Source: a virus
Lineage: Duplodnaviria; Caudoviricetes
Length of the DNA: 53,289 bases
Virus record (IMG/VR): IMGVR_UViG_3300030101_004884
Location: 1-53,289 of that record
Reading direction: 5' to 3' (one strand)
The notes beneath the pieces are model-generated. The model saw only the letters and a program-made list of their open reading frames with translations, made no database searches and was not told the DNA's origin. Every line of letters begins with the position of its first letter. Within the stretch, counting starts at the first letter, position 1. A program made the translations under genes and the position numbers. This document shows, in pieces, positions 23,564-34,180 of this stretch.

Positions 23564-26500
23564 TGGCTGAGGGTGCAGGACAAATAACCGCGTCGTTGAC
23601 GCTGGATGTAAGCGACTTTAAGGCGTCTATTGGTATGGCCCAAAAGTCCCTTAAGAGCATGGGTGTCGGCGCAGCAAAATCGGCATCTCAAACAGTTGAC
23701 AAGTTAACAAAGTCAACAAAGTCAGCAAATCAGGCACTAAGAGATGAGGTTAAGACTCTTAATAAGATAAGCAAAGAGTTTACCACTTACAACGAGGCCT
23801 TAAGACACGGCGTTGTAACCGTAGATCAGGCCAAAGCGGCCCATGTAAAATTAAATAAAGAAATAGTCTCTTTAAAATCTTCTGCCCTCGAAACGCGAGA
23901 GGGAATGAACGCCTTGTATGGGGCAATGTCTAAGTCGCAGGGCACTAAAAATGAGATTGTTAGGTTTGATCAATTGTCGAGCCAAATGGCGCGAGCAAAT
24001 CAGGCGGCAAGCGGTGCAAAAACATCATTAGGGGCAATGTTTGCCGTGATGGGAACTGGCGCAGCAGGAGCGTCGCGTTCTCTTGTTATGTCCATGACAA
24101 ACCTTACGGAATCTTTTCAAAAAGGTATGATGGGCGGAAGACAACTTAGAACATTTTTACTTGGCGACGTAATGGATGCTTTCATGATTGCGTCTTTCGC
24201 CGCCAGCTCTTTTGGGGCAATGGCGGAAAAGGCAACGGGTAAGGCCGCCAAAGCTTTTTCATTTCTTGCATCAAAATTTCCACCCATCATGGCCGCACTA
24301 ACCCTTGTTTCTGCTGCTTTGGGCTTCTTTTTGTTTAATACAGATAGTGCAAAAAAGAAAACAAAAGAGATGGGCGACGCGACAGATTCGGCATCGAAAT
24401 CATTCATTAGAGCCGCTCATGACCTGACCGTTTTAGAGGCGGAACTAGCGCAGGTAACAACAGCTTTTGATGGGTACATAGCCAGGGCCAATAAAGCAGA
24501 AGAAATAAAGCTGGACAAGGCCGTGAGGCCAAGTCAGTTGCTTGTAAAAACGCTTAACAAGATAAATGATATTGATGTAGGCCCTTTTGCTCAAGACATA
24601 GCTCAGGCAGAAAATTTCATAGAGGAAATGAGGCATGAGGTGGGGCTTCTTGACGACCGCATGGCAAGTCTTTCTGGAATGGAAGGTGTTTTGCATGACA
24701 ACAAAGAAGTAAACGAGGAGCTTGAGAAAAGAAACAGTATATTAACAAAGCTTTCGGCTCAAGAATCCAGGCTCGCGATGTTTCAACGTCAATACAATGA
24801 GAGAGGCCGCGCTAACGCTTCCGAGCTAGGCGGCAGACTGAGCCGTCAAAAGCGCGTTGTTGAAGAGCTAAGAAAGCAGTTGAGCGCCATAGAGTCCCTG
24901 GTGGGGGATACGTCTGAGCTTGAGAATATTGACGCCAAAAGAGCATCCTTGGCCAGGGACACCGTAAAAGAAGAGCAGGCACTCATTGAGCTTCGAGAAA
25001 AACAAAAAGAGCTTGCAGCAAAAGAAAGAGCAAGAAAAAGAGATAGCGCCGCTGCGAATCTCATTGAGGACTTTAAAAGGCTTGATAAGATGATGCGAGC
25101 CTTTGGCAAGTCTCCCTTCGAGGCAGACAGTCAGCAGGCCGTTAAATACATGAAACAGCTTGAGCAGGTTGAGAAAAAGCTTAAGAGGTTGGCAAAATCA
25201 TCCAAGACTGCCGCTAAATTTGTTCAGCAAACAGAAGATCAACAGGCGATAAAAAACTTAAAAGAGAGAACGGCTGAGTATGAAAAACAAATAGAGGCCG
25301 CAAAGAGACTGAGAAAAGTTGCCGAAGAAGGATTAAGAAAAACAGGTGTTGAAACGAAAGCCAGGCCGCTTCGTCTCGGAGGAGATCAGGTAGCGCCTAT
25401 GACGGGCGCACAGATTTTTGAGCAAAAAATTAAGGGTAAGGATCCGGCTGATGAGGCCATGCTGGCGAGAGTAAAGGCATTCAAGAAAGGACTAGAAGAC
25501 CTTGGTCTATCAACAGATCAGGCAGCACAGGCACTCAGATCCATGCCGTTTGCTATTAACGATGTCATGGTGGCGGCTGCACAGTTCGCCGACGATCTTG
25601 TCTCTGGCGTCGGCGAGATGACCAGGGGTAGCTTTAGCAACGTCTTAGCTATGACAGGCAAGGGTGCGGGAATGGGGATTGCCGCCGCTTTTGGTGCCGA
25701 CCCTGAAACAGGTGGAAAAATCGGCGAAGCCCTTGGCGCTTTTTCCGATATGATGGTTGGAAAAATAGAGGTAAAGACGAACGTCGTAGACCTTGACGGC
25801 AACGCAGTCAACGTAAACATGGGTGAACTTTTAGCGTTTGAGTTCAACGATCAACTAAAGCAAGGCGCAGACGCATTTAAACCTCTTGCGGATGTTGTTT
25901 TTCATTTAGCATCAAACCTCGGCGGTCTTTTAGCAATGCTTTCAAACGCTTTCGCGCCATTAATAGATATGGTTGCCAATGTTTTAAACATGGTCTTCAA
26001 TGTTATTTTTATGATTTTTGCCACTCTCGGGCCTGCGTTCGCACTTGTTACAGGTGCGCTGTTAATGCTTAGCCCAGTCGTCGAGGCCGCCGCCAATTTT
26101 GTTCATGGCCTAATCAGCGCGGTCTTTGGCCTGGTGACAATGGTTCTGGGCGCAGTTTCGGCGATTGCCTCAATGGCGATACAGTTGCTAACAGTTGTTC
26201 CAGTTCTCGAGATCTTCGCAACACTCTTAAATGGTTTTTCCGAGGGCTTTATTATCTTGGCCGATGCTTTTGGGCATGCCACTGTCGCAATCGGAGAGTT
26301 CGTAAGATGGGTTGGTCAGGTCACCAAGAACGAAGGCTTGGCTAACATGGGTCAAGACCTTATGGATCTAGCAGGTGATTTTTTGCAGGGCCTTGACAGA
26401 GAGCTTGGCCCATTTGGTCGAGAGCTTCAAGAGTCGGCAGACCTCATGGCTGAGTCAAACGAGCAGAGATCAAAAGCAAACAAGGAAGCCTCGAAGGTTC

Positions 26501-26718
26501 TCAACGCTCCGAAGGGCTTCAAGATTGAAAAGTACCGTTACGAAGCAATGAATCGCGAAGGCATGACAAACCCTTATACTGGTGCGCCGCTTAACCAAAA
26601 CAACGTAAACATATATGGAGCTGTTACCGTTATTGCTGATAGCCCTGAAGACTTTATGACCAGAATGCAAAACAATGCAAACAGGGTTGGAAGCATCAAC
26701 CCACAGTTCGGCGGGTAG
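23563..26718 (+). CDS. tape measure protein
   Basis: 1051 aa, Ala/Gly-rich helical and coiled-coil regions, hydrophobic repeats; synteny. Confidence 0.93.
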   Translation: MAEGAGQITASLTLDVSDFKASIGMAQKSLKSMGVGAAKSASQTVDKLTKSTKSANQALRDEVKTLNKISKEFTTYNEALRHGVVTVDQAKAAHVKLNKEIVSLKSSALETREGMNALYGAMSKSQGTKNEIVRFDQLSSQMARANQAASGAKTSLGAMFAVMGTGAAGASRSLVMSMTNLTESFQKGMMGGRQLRTFLLGDVMDAFMIASFAASSFGAMAEKATGKAAKAFSFLASKFPPIMAALTLVSAALGFFLFNTDSAKKKTKEMGDATDSASKSFIRAAHDLTVLEAELAQVTTAFDGYIARANKAEEIKLDKAVRPSQLLVKTLNKINDIDVGPFAQDIAQAENFIEEMRHEVGLLDDRMASLSGMEGVLHDNKEVNEELEKRNSILTKLSAQESRLAMFQRQYNERGRANASELGGRLSRQKRVVEELRKQLSAIESLVGDTSELENIDAKRASLARDTVKEEQALIELREKQKELAAKERARKRDSAAANLIEDFKRLDKMMRAFGKSPFEADSQQAVKYMKQLEQVEKKLKRLAKSSKTAAKFVQQTEDQQAIKNLKERTAEYEKQIEAAKRLRKVAEEGLRKTGVETKARPLRLGGDQVAPMTGAQIFEQKIKGKDPADEAMLARVKAFKKGLEDLGLSTDQAAQALRSMPFAINDVMVAAAQFADDLVSGVGEMTRGSFSNVLAMTGKGAGMGIAAAFGADPETGGKIGEALGAFSDMMVGKIEVKTNVVDLDGNAVNVNMGELLAFEFNDQLKQGADAFKPLADVVFHLASNLGGLLAMLSNAFAPLIDMVANVLNMVFNVIFMIFATLGPAFALVTGALLMLSPVVEAAANFVHGLISAVFGLVTMVLGAVSAIASMAIQLLTVVPVLEIFATLLNGFSEGFIILADAFGHATVAIGEFVRWVGQVTKNEGLANMGQDLMDLAGDFLQGLDRELGPFGRELQESADLMAESNEQRSKANKEASKVLNAPKGFKIEKYRYEAMNREGMTNPYTGAPLNQNNVNIYGAVTVIADSPEDFMTRMQNNANRVGSINPQFGG

Positions 26719-26723
26719 TCTAG

Positions 26724-27584
26724 ATGTCTTTTTGCACCATAAATGGCATCGATATACCAATAGCTGATGCGTCTGCTAAAAGAGATATTGACATCTACGG
26801 TCGATACGACAGAGGCCCGACCGGAGGAGCAAACCCATCTTTTTGTAAGACAAAACGAGCATGGACATTAACGACCCCACCGCTGCCTAAAGATGAGTAT
26901 CTTGTATACAGGGGGCTTGTTGATGGCGATGGGCTATCTATTCAGTGTCAAAACAATCTTTACGCCTCTGACGGCACTCCTGCCCGTGGAAACGCGACCG
27001 ACACTGTGTCGTTTAACCATATGATCAATTCAGAAGATACGTTACCCATGCAGTTTGATGGGGGTCTTTATTGGGCAGAGTTTGGCAGTATACTTGCAGA
27101 CTCTTGGTACTGGGAGACTGGCTATTCAGATGTTCAGCCCTGGACCATACTGTGGATTACAAACAATTCCTCTTATGAAGGCTCAGATCTTTTTTGCAAA
27201 ACAGGAAATGGCCCGTTTGCGGACGCTGTTGGCTACCGTAACGGCACCACCGTTTCTGGTGCAGCCTCCGGTCTTCTCAATGTCGGAATACTTCCTGGAG
27301 ATCAGGTTTTAAAGATATATAACAACATATCGTCATTTTCTTATCATAAAATGTATAAAGAGATTGTTTTGCTGCCATATAGGCTCACCGAAGAGCAGAG
27401 AATATCGGCCACCACAAGAACAAAGAGATGGAGCCTTGTGCCTCAGCTTAGGCTGTCAGGTGACATGGTTGAGGGAGAAACCGTTGATGTTTTCGGTGTT
27501 TCTGGCGACACAAGCTTTGTTCGAGTTGCCAACGCCTCTTCCCCAATATACAATACCCTGTCGTTTACATTGCAGGAGAAGTAA
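26724..27584 (+). CDS. distal tail (Dit-like) protein 1
   Basis: Follows the TMP; F..ING, KRAWTLTTPPL and LSFTLQE. Confidence 0.65.
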   Translation: MSFCTINGIDIPIADASAKRDIDIYGRYDRGPTGGANPSFCKTKRAWTLTTPPLPKDEYLVYRGLVDGDGLSIQCQNNLYASDGTPARGNATDTVSFNHMINSEDTLPMQFDGGLYWAEFGSILADSWYWETGYSDVQPWTILWITNNSSYEGSDLFCKTGNGPFADAVGYRNGTTVSGAASGLLNVGILPGDQVLKIYNNISSFSYHKMYKEIVLLPYRLTEEQRISATTRTKRWSLVPQLRLSGDMVEGETVDVFGVSGDTSFVRVANASSPIYNTLSFTLQEK

Positions 27585-27589
27585 AGAAC

Positions 27590-28888
27590 ATGAATTTTTT
27601 GAGGTTAAACAATTTCGAGGTTCCTGTTCAGGTTGATTCTGTGTCAAGCCAAATAAATAGGGTCGGCAGAACAAGCAGGTCTGCAAACAGTCAATACAGC
27701 TCCTCAACAACATACAAAAAAAGAACATTTTCTGCCACCACTGTTCCGCTGCCCATGGACGAGGCCTATGCGATAGAGCAGTTAATACTTGGTTCTGGCA
27801 CACACACAACATTATCTGACGGAATACACTCGTCAGGCGGAGTTTGCCCCTCCTTCTCTGTTCAGAACAACATACCTAAGCCGGATATAACAATCAAAAA
27901 CAATGGCGTTGCGCCTATCGGTGCGTACTGTAATTTTGGGACCAACACCGCAAACTGTGTCGCGGGAAAAATATTGCTGGACGTAGATCTTCGCGGCGAC
28001 TTCGATCAGACAGGTTCGGGTGAGTTTGCTCGACTTAGAGTTCAAGGTTACTCAATCCCTCTTACTGACGCGACATCGTTTCCAGACTCGGGATACGAAC
28101 ACATGACCGACAACGTCTCATCTTACTTTCCCGCCATACGGGATCTTGATGTTACGGCAATAATAGGCAGGCGTACAAGTTTTGATATATCCGCCTGGGG
28201 CAGTGCCTCTGCTGGAAGTTTTGCCACAACTGAGGCCAGATTCACCTTTAAAAGCCCCCTTTTAAATGGTGGTGCTGATCAGGTGTATACGCTCACAAAT
28301 TTTTACAACGACAACACCGTAACGCAATCTGTTTCGCTGACAGGAAGAAACGCTTCGGCGGTTTATTGCAATCAAACTCTTTTTGGAGAGAACGACTGGA
28401 CCATCTTGGCTTATCATTGGCCAGCGGCCCCTAGTGAGTGGTTTGGTGTTGCAGGTGTCGGCTCAGGACAAACCATAGATGCGTACTACAGATACGGAAC
28501 TGGATACTCGGGCTTGCAGCCAACAGCCACAGATTTTTATGATTTCTTCTCTGTTATGGGTGGACCATGGGGGGATATGATTGTGGGCAGCGGAGGTGCC
28601 GGATACAGGCTTTCGGATGTCACCTTTTTGCCCTACAAGGCAACACCTGAAATGATTGCGGTATGGAAAGACATAAGAACCCAGGGCACTCACATTTACC
28701 CCTTTTCTCCGCTTCCAAATTTATATCTGTCTGGAGACGTATTGCAGGAGGGCTCAACCCCATCAACTCCTCGACCTCAAATAGAGGTTTATGGAACAGT
28801 GGAAGATGCTGAGTACATTCAGGGGCATTACAATGGCACATGGCACGACAACCTGGTGACGCTTTCTTTTTCCCTTGATGAGGTTTAG
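27590..28888 (+). CDS. distal tail (Dit-like) protein 2, paralog with larger insertion
   Basis: FLRLNN, KRTFSATTVPL, LPY, P.L.LSGD and LSFSLDE parallel the 26724 ORF. Confidence 0.65.
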   Translation: MNFLRLNNFEVPVQVDSVSSQINRVGRTSRSANSQYSSSTTYKKRTFSATTVPLPMDEAYAIEQLILGSGTHTTLSDGIHSSGGVCPSFSVQNNIPKPDITIKNNGVAPIGAYCNFGTNTANCVAGKILLDVDLRGDFDQTGSGEFARLRVQGYSIPLTDATSFPDSGYEHMTDNVSSYFPAIRDLDVTAIIGRRTSFDISAWGSASAGSFATTEARFTFKSPLLNGGADQVYTLTNFYNDNTVTQSVSLTGRNASAVYCNQTLFGENDWTILAYHWPAAPSEWFGVAGVGSGQTIDAYYRYGTGYSGLQPTATDFYDFFSVMGGPWGDMIVGSGGAGYRLSDVTFLPYKATPEMIAVWKDIRTQGTHIYPFSPLPNLYLSGDVLQEGSTPSTPRPQIEVYGTVEDAEYIQGHYNGTWHDNLVTLSFSLDEV

Positions 28889-28890
28889 TC

Positions 28891-31800
28891 ATGAGAATAT
28901 TCACAAGAACATATGGGGCATACCCTAAAATATCTGAGAATACAGTAATGGCATTTACAGCAGATTTAACCAGGGCTGATGGTGACTCTGGAGATCTTAC
29001 GTCGCTAGTTAGATATAATGATGCTGCTATAGCACCTCTATCTATGACATCTGGAACTGCGCCGATTGTTGATTGTCCGGCAGGCGTCGCAAGGCACTTC
29101 AATGATCACAACAATTACTTGGCTCAAACAGCAGCGGGTGGGGATCATGCACAGTTAACAGGCGAGCTTACATGGCAATGCTGGATGTATGTTGACTCTA
29201 CCCAGTATGGCGGAACCGTAAATCAGGATCGTCACTACGCATGGATGTACGCAACTCACGTCAGCGATGCTCAGGTTGAAAATTGTCTTATGTCCGTACA
29301 AATTTCCGCACCTAAAAACGGCGGCATCACAACACCGTCAGACCCAGTAGAGTCCATCGGTGTATTCTGGGAAAAAGGCCCATCGGGCGGATCGCAAAAC
29401 ATATTTTGTGACAGTTCCCAACCCCCTCCTGTTGATCAATGGTTTCACTTCGCCGCTGTAAGAGCAGATGACCCCAACAACGCTGGAAAATGCACTCTTA
29501 AAATGTACATAAACGGATGCCAGATGCGCGACGCAAGCGGAGCCAATGAGGAATTTATAAACCTTGACTACCCTGATGGCGGCACTTCGTCGCGATGGGG
29601 ATTTGGCAACTTTAATGGTGTTCCCACTACCTCTGGTTACTGGTTTAAGGGAAGAGTCGGTCCTGCCTTGGTTAGCACGGACGTATACACCCAAGAACGC
29701 ATCGCCGAAGACTATAGACGTGGGTGCGGCACCGCAACAAACAACAGAGTTTACGCTGAGGTGATAACGACCGACCCTCTAGGCAACGATTATTATAACG
29801 CCATTTTAACAAGGTTTGTGACGCCATCCTCACCCAGGGTGGGCAGTATTGGCGAGGACATTGCCATTGATACAAGAGACACAGTTGATGTCCTGCAATC
29901 GGTTCGCATTGATGACAGTGTTGACAACAGAGTGGCTACGGCCTCTGTTAACGTATATAAGAACTACGGAAAAACAAACTTGTCTCCATACGCATCAAAC
30001 AGCTTCACTAACAGGAGAACGTCTCCGCTTGGTTCAACCTCTACTATGGCATCACGTCAAGCACCTTCGCTTGAGGACACTGTTTACTTTGAGCCAAATC
30101 AAAACACTCCTACTTCCTATTTCAAACTCGGCCAGAGAACTAAGATATATTTTGCAAGAATGCCGTATGGCAAGCTTCCGTACAGATCAACATTTGACGC
30201 ACCAGGCGAGGCCATATCGTCATCGGGATGGAGAAAAGACTTTGAAACATATTTTGACGGATATGTTGACGCCATAGACATAGGCGACGACATCATAACT
30301 TTAAAATTAAGAGACAAAGGGATGATTCTGGCCGACACGTTTATAGAGTCGGACGATCAGAGATCTTCAGAAAGATTTGTTGACGTAGGAGATACTCTTT
30401 ATACTGCAATCAACAACGTCATATTTGCCAACAACTGGGTTAACATGTTTGGCACAACGTCCTCACCAACGCTTTTTGAGCCTATATCTTCTGATTGGGA
30501 ATTTGGAATAGAGGGCACGATTGACAGAGAGGGCCTTCTGTCTGCCGCAAACAAGCTTTCTGCCCAGATAGGCTGGATGGTTAAATATAAATGGGCTAAA
30601 CATTTTGGCTCTGTTGAATCATCCCCAGGGTCTGGTGTGAGTGTTCTCGGTCAAAGCTTTTTGCCGACCTTAATGGACCCTGAGAGAGACAAGAAGGTGT
30701 GTGATTCTTATTTGTCCACAGAGGACTATACATCCATAACAAAGCTTTCTTTGGATTTATCAGGAGTCAGAAATGCAGTAAGAGTTTATTATTGGGAGCC
30801 TGGCTGGGGCTCAGATCTTTCATATCGTGTTGAAAACGTAGATGCCGTAACAATGGCTCCAAATCGCCTGGGTGTGACCGATGACGACACGACTTCGCAG
30901 TCAAAGTACGGAAGAAGATTCATGGAGGTCCAGGAAGATAAGTCCAGCCTCATAAACAGCCTTGGCGAAGCAGAGCGCATGGCAGAAGCAATTGTTAAAG
31001 ACCTGGCCGAACCATTAGCGCAAAGCTCTATTGCTGCCATGGACATGGTGGAGGTTGAGCTAAACGACATGATCATGGTTGAGCCAGACAACATACACTC
31101 GGATGTCCCCCTGTATATGGCTGCAACAACCATATCGACAGAATTCCGAGACGGCATGGCGAAGGTGGACTGCGGTTTAAGACAAAGACCCTCATCTGGC
31201 GGCTCCAGACACATAGCCAGCAGTAGAACCGGAAATTCTGGTGCGATGTTTCGCGCTGGGCTTAGAGACGGCAGATCCCCAACCTTGAGCGCGATAGCAA
31301 ACGCCATCGACAGGCTTCATAGCATAGCCCAGTACGGTGGCATATCTGCAAACCTGAATAATGCCAACTTTAACCAAAATGAAGCAGGCTCTCAGGTTCC
31401 TCCTATTGGGTGGACAATGAGCGGTGGAACATGGGGCAGCATTTCTTCTGGTGGAAATATGTACCTTAGAGGAAACATATCAGCAGGCGGCGGCGCAAAC
31501 ACAATTGATGGTGTGACGGGAAATTTTGTTCTTCAAATACCGGACACTGCTGGTGAGATAACGTCGCCACAGTTTCCGGTTTCGGGAGGAAAGGGGTATA
31601 TCTTAAACCTCAGATATGGATGGGATGCGGCTCCAGGGACCGCAACGATACAAGTTGATATAGGCTATCAATGCAGGTATGGCGGATCAACGGTGACCAA
31701 CGTCTCGCCCTTGGCCTTGGTGCAACAAACATCTTCAACGTCAGCAACGAAAGAGATATTCTCTAAGCAGATAGCAATAAGTTCCGTACCGACAACTCTT

Positions 31801-32466
31801 CACGCAGACGCAGAGATAGGAGCGGGAACATATCCGATAACTCACCTTTGTGCGGTTTTAAGGGCGAACAACATGGGTACTGCGTCTAAGATATATATCG
31901 ACTCCATAGAGCTGACGCCTGCCGAGCCAACATGTCGAAGAAGACCTGCTGCTGACGTGGCAATAAGTAAAATAACGTATACGGCAGCCGAGGTGGCAAC
32001 AACAACATCTGATTTTGATGTTGGGGATATGGCAGATACGAATGGTGTGCTAATAAAAGAGGCAGGGTTTTATGATGTTAAATTTAACCTATCAATTCTT
32101 CTTGTGTCGAATAATGCAAACATAAACGTCATGGAGGGTCCAGGAGCCACCAATGATACGAGATTATGCAAGGGCGAGGTCGGTATGTATGGCGGTGTTT
32201 GGATAAATTACTCATCTGCAACTCCTGAACCTGCTGCAAAGATCACTGGCGCAATCGGGCAGTTCGTCAAACAAAGCAGCTCTTCTCCGTATTATTACAG
32301 AGCCGTTTCTTCAGGTTCGGGAAGACTCTATCTTGAAAAGGGAGACTACTTAACTCTTAGGCACTTTGGGACACTTTTTCACAATGACAACACTGCGAAC
32401 GCCCAAATAAAATCAGAAAACACTTTCCTGGAGGTGTCAAAAGCCTCCTTGTTTGAAACGTCCTAA
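28891..32466 (+). CDS. tail tip/hub protein with N-terminal LamG-like and C-terminal carbohydrate-binding-like domains
   Basis: LTWQCWMY, QWFHFAAV and KMYING (LamG-like); FDGYVD..I.L.LRD and SQSKYGRR (hub-like). Confidence 0.8.
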   Translation: MRIFTRTYGAYPKISENTVMAFTADLTRADGDSGDLTSLVRYNDAAIAPLSMTSGTAPIVDCPAGVARHFNDHNNYLAQTAAGGDHAQLTGELTWQCWMYVDSTQYGGTVNQDRHYAWMYATHVSDAQVENCLMSVQISAPKNGGITTPSDPVESIGVFWEKGPSGGSQNIFCDSSQPPPVDQWFHFAAVRADDPNNAGKCTLKMYINGCQMRDASGANEEFINLDYPDGGTSSRWGFGNFNGVPTTSGYWFKGRVGPALVSTDVYTQERIAEDYRRGCGTATNNRVYAEVITTDPLGNDYYNAILTRFVTPSSPRVGSIGEDIAIDTRDTVDVLQSVRIDDSVDNRVATASVNVYKNYGKTNLSPYASNSFTNRRTSPLGSTSTMASRQAPSLEDTVYFEPNQNTPTSYFKLGQRTKIYFARMPYGKLPYRSTFDAPGEAISSSGWRKDFETYFDGYVDAIDIGDDIITLKLRDKGMILADTFIESDDQRSSERFVDVGDTLYTAINNVIFANNWVNMFGTTSSPTLFEPISSDWEFGIEGTIDREGLLSAANKLSAQIGWMVKYKWAKHFGSVESSPGSGVSVLGQSFLPTLMDPERDKKVCDSYLSTEDYTSITKLSLDLSGVRNAVRVYYWEPGWGSDLSYRVENVDAVTMAPNRLGVTDDDTTSQSKYGRRFMEVQEDKSSLINSLGEAERMAEAIVKDLAEPLAQSSIAAMDMVEVELNDMIMVEPDNIHSDVPLYMAATTISTEFRDGMAKVDCGLRQRPSSGGSRHIASSRTGNSGAMFRAGLRDGRSPTLSAIANAIDRLHSIAQYGGISANLNNANFNQNEAGSQVPPIGWTMSGGTWGSISSGGNMYLRGNISAGGGANTIDGVTGNFVLQIPDTAGEITSPQFPVSGGKGYILNLRYGWDAAPGTATIQVDIGYQCRYGGSTVTNVSPLALVQQTSSTSATKEIFSKQIAISSVPTTLHADAEIGAGTYPITHLCAVLRANNMGTASKIYIDSIELTPAEPTCRRRPAADVAISKITYTAAEVATTTSDFDVGDMADTNGVLIKEAGFYDVKFNLSILLVSNNANINVMEGPGATNDTRLCKGEVGMYGGVWINYSSATPEPAAKITGAIGQFVKQSSSSPYYYRAVSSGSGRLYLEKGDYLTLRHFGTLFHNDNTANAQIKSENTFLEVSKASLFETS

Positions 32467-32470
32467 TACG

Positions 32471-33001
32471 ATGCGCCGCTTCTTCAGGGGTATCAAGAAA
32501 ACGGCCAAAGTCTTGCTGATTTTTGGTTTTGGGGTGTTTTTATGTGCTTTTTACTTCAAGCTGCAAAATGCGCCATTAAAACGAGTAACTGGGGATGACA
32601 TCTCATATATGGAAATTGAGGGATCAGAGATCTCTTATACGGTAGATCTCTACAGCTCTGTAACAGGCGCAAAAGTAGGTGAAATCTCCGATAAGGTTTA
32701 CTTCGATGAACGCTTAAACTTTGATCTTTTTTACGTGCCGTGCGACAAAGAGATTGGTGAGCTATGCGATGAGCCTGTGCTTCTTTTTTGGGCGAGATAT
32801 ATCAACAAGAAGCAACCTATAGCATTAAGGTCATCTGTTTACTTTACAGAGGATGGTCGTCGTCACATGCCGCCAGATCATCCATATTTTAACAAGCTCA
32901 AGAGAAAGGTCTTGGAGCGTTTTTGCAGGATTACAGAGTTCTGCTTAAAGGAAAAGTATGATGGATTTGGACTTAAAATTCCTTATTTCGATTTTGACTA
33001 G
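32471..33001 (+). CDS. membrane-anchored hypothetical protein
   Basis: Basic N-terminus plus one TM segment; start uncertain. Confidence 0.6.
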   Translation: MRRFFRGIKKTAKVLLIFGFGVFLCAFYFKLQNAPLKRVTGDDISYMEIEGSEISYTVDLYSSVTGAKVGEISDKVYFDERLNFDLFYVPCDKEIGELCDEPVLLFWARYINKKQPIALRSSVYFTEDGRRHMPPDHPYFNKLKRKVLERFCRITEFCLKEKYDGFGLKIPYFDFD

Positions 33002-33221
33002 CGGTGCTGGCATTGGTGCTGCATGGGGGCACTCTCAGTCCAAAATTCACACCCTTACAGAGCGTCTTGAAGAAATAAAAAAAGAAAAAGCTTCGATAGA
33101 GAAGGTTGAAATTGTGCTACAAAGACTTGTTGGAATAGAAGAGCGTCTCGCTGAGCGCATCGGATCTATTGATGACAAGTTGAAAGAAGTCAAAGAAGAC
33201 ATAAAAGCTTTAAGGAGTTAA
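32958..33221 (+). CDS. TM plus coiled-coil protein of the lysis cassette
   Basis: N-terminal TM followed by a heptad-rich tail; precedes the holin and endolysin. Confidence 0.65.
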   Translation: MMDLDLKFLISILTSGAGIGAAWGHSQSKIHTLTERLEEIKKEKASIEKVEIVLQRLVGIEERLAERIGSIDDKLKEVKEDIKALRS

Positions 33222-33222
33222 T

Positions 33223-33516
33223 ATGGAACCCGCAACTCATTCACTTTTGGCTGCTGGCGCAATCGCAGCGTTCATCAGAGCATTTATACCTGTTTTAAAG
33301 TCAGAAAAGCTTGGAAATATGTGGTCAAAGGCCCCTAAATGGCTAAGGCCTGCTATTTTAATGGTGCTGACAGCCTCTCTCGCTCTCTGTGACGCGCTCG
33401 TGTCTGGCGGCTCTATCTCGGGCGCACTCTTGGCTGCTTTGGCTGCTCTCGGCGCTGCTACGGCCTCATACGAGACACAGAAATCCTTAAAGAAGGATAA
33501 AAAAGGTGACGGATAA
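33223..33516 (+). CDS. putative holin
   Basis: 97 aa, about 3 hydrophobic segments, basic C-terminus, adjacent to the amidase. Confidence 0.7.
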   Translation: MEPATHSLLAAGAIAAFIRAFIPVLKSEKLGNMWSKAPKWLRPAILMVLTASLALCDALVSGGSISGALLAALAALGAATASYETQKSLKKDKKGDG

Positions 33517-34147
33517 CAAGCCAGTCAGCGCAGACCTTCAGTCGCAAATACTTGACGCAGAGTACAGGGTAAACATTAATGCCCTGCGGCCATGCAGACA
33601 AAGCACTAAATATGTTGTGCTTCACCGTATCGGCGTTGGCAGATGTGCCTCTGATGTTGAGCAGTTTTTTACCGAATCAGCAGAAGGGGTCGCAACCGTA
33701 ACTGTTCGGCCAGCGAAACTTGCCGAAACCATTAAAAAGTGGAAACTGTACGGTGTGCCAGAACGGTACAAGGCCCGTGCGTTTGTTCCATATCACTTCG
33801 TCATCGACCTTCACGGCGGCATTACGCAATTTCTTGATTATGACGCACGAGGCGCTCACTGCTACGGGTTCAATAGCCACAGCATAGGCGTTGCCTGCAT
33901 TGGTGATTTCCGCATCGAAAAAACCACGGATGCTCAAATGTATGCGTCCCAGGTTCTATGTAGAGATCTTTTGTTTAAGTACGGAGAAACTGTAAGAATA
34001 AAACGCCATGACGACCTCCGTCGCGCCAACAATCAGCGTATAAAGGGGTGCCCTGGACGCAACTACCCATTCGAGCGTGTAAAAAAATGGGCAGAAATCG
34101 CACTAAAAAACAAAATAGAGGTTGACGGCACTCGCCCGACCGAGTAG
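33506..34147 (+). CDS. endolysin, N-acetylmuramoyl-L-alanine amidase (Amidase_2)
   Basis: YVVLH, PYHFVID, GAHC.GFNS.SIGV..IGDF, RH.D and CPG motifs. Confidence 0.9.
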   Translation: MTDNKPVSADLQSQILDAEYRVNINALRPCRQSTKYVVLHRIGVGRCASDVEQFFTESAEGVATVTVRPAKLAETIKKWKLYGVPERYKARAFVPYHFVIDLHGGITQFLDYDARGAHCYGFNSHSIGVACIGDFRIEKTTDAQMYASQVLCRDLLFKYGETVRIKRHDDLRRANNQRIKGCPGRNYPFERVKKWAEIALKNKIEVDGTRPTE

Positions 34148-34180
34148 GTTCATAAGCAACCAACAAAAAAGGAGAGTTAA

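Noticed and set aside
28891-32466. Diversity-generating retroelement or invertible tail-fibre system
   Set aside because: No reverse transcriptase, invertase or template/variable repeat pair was seen.
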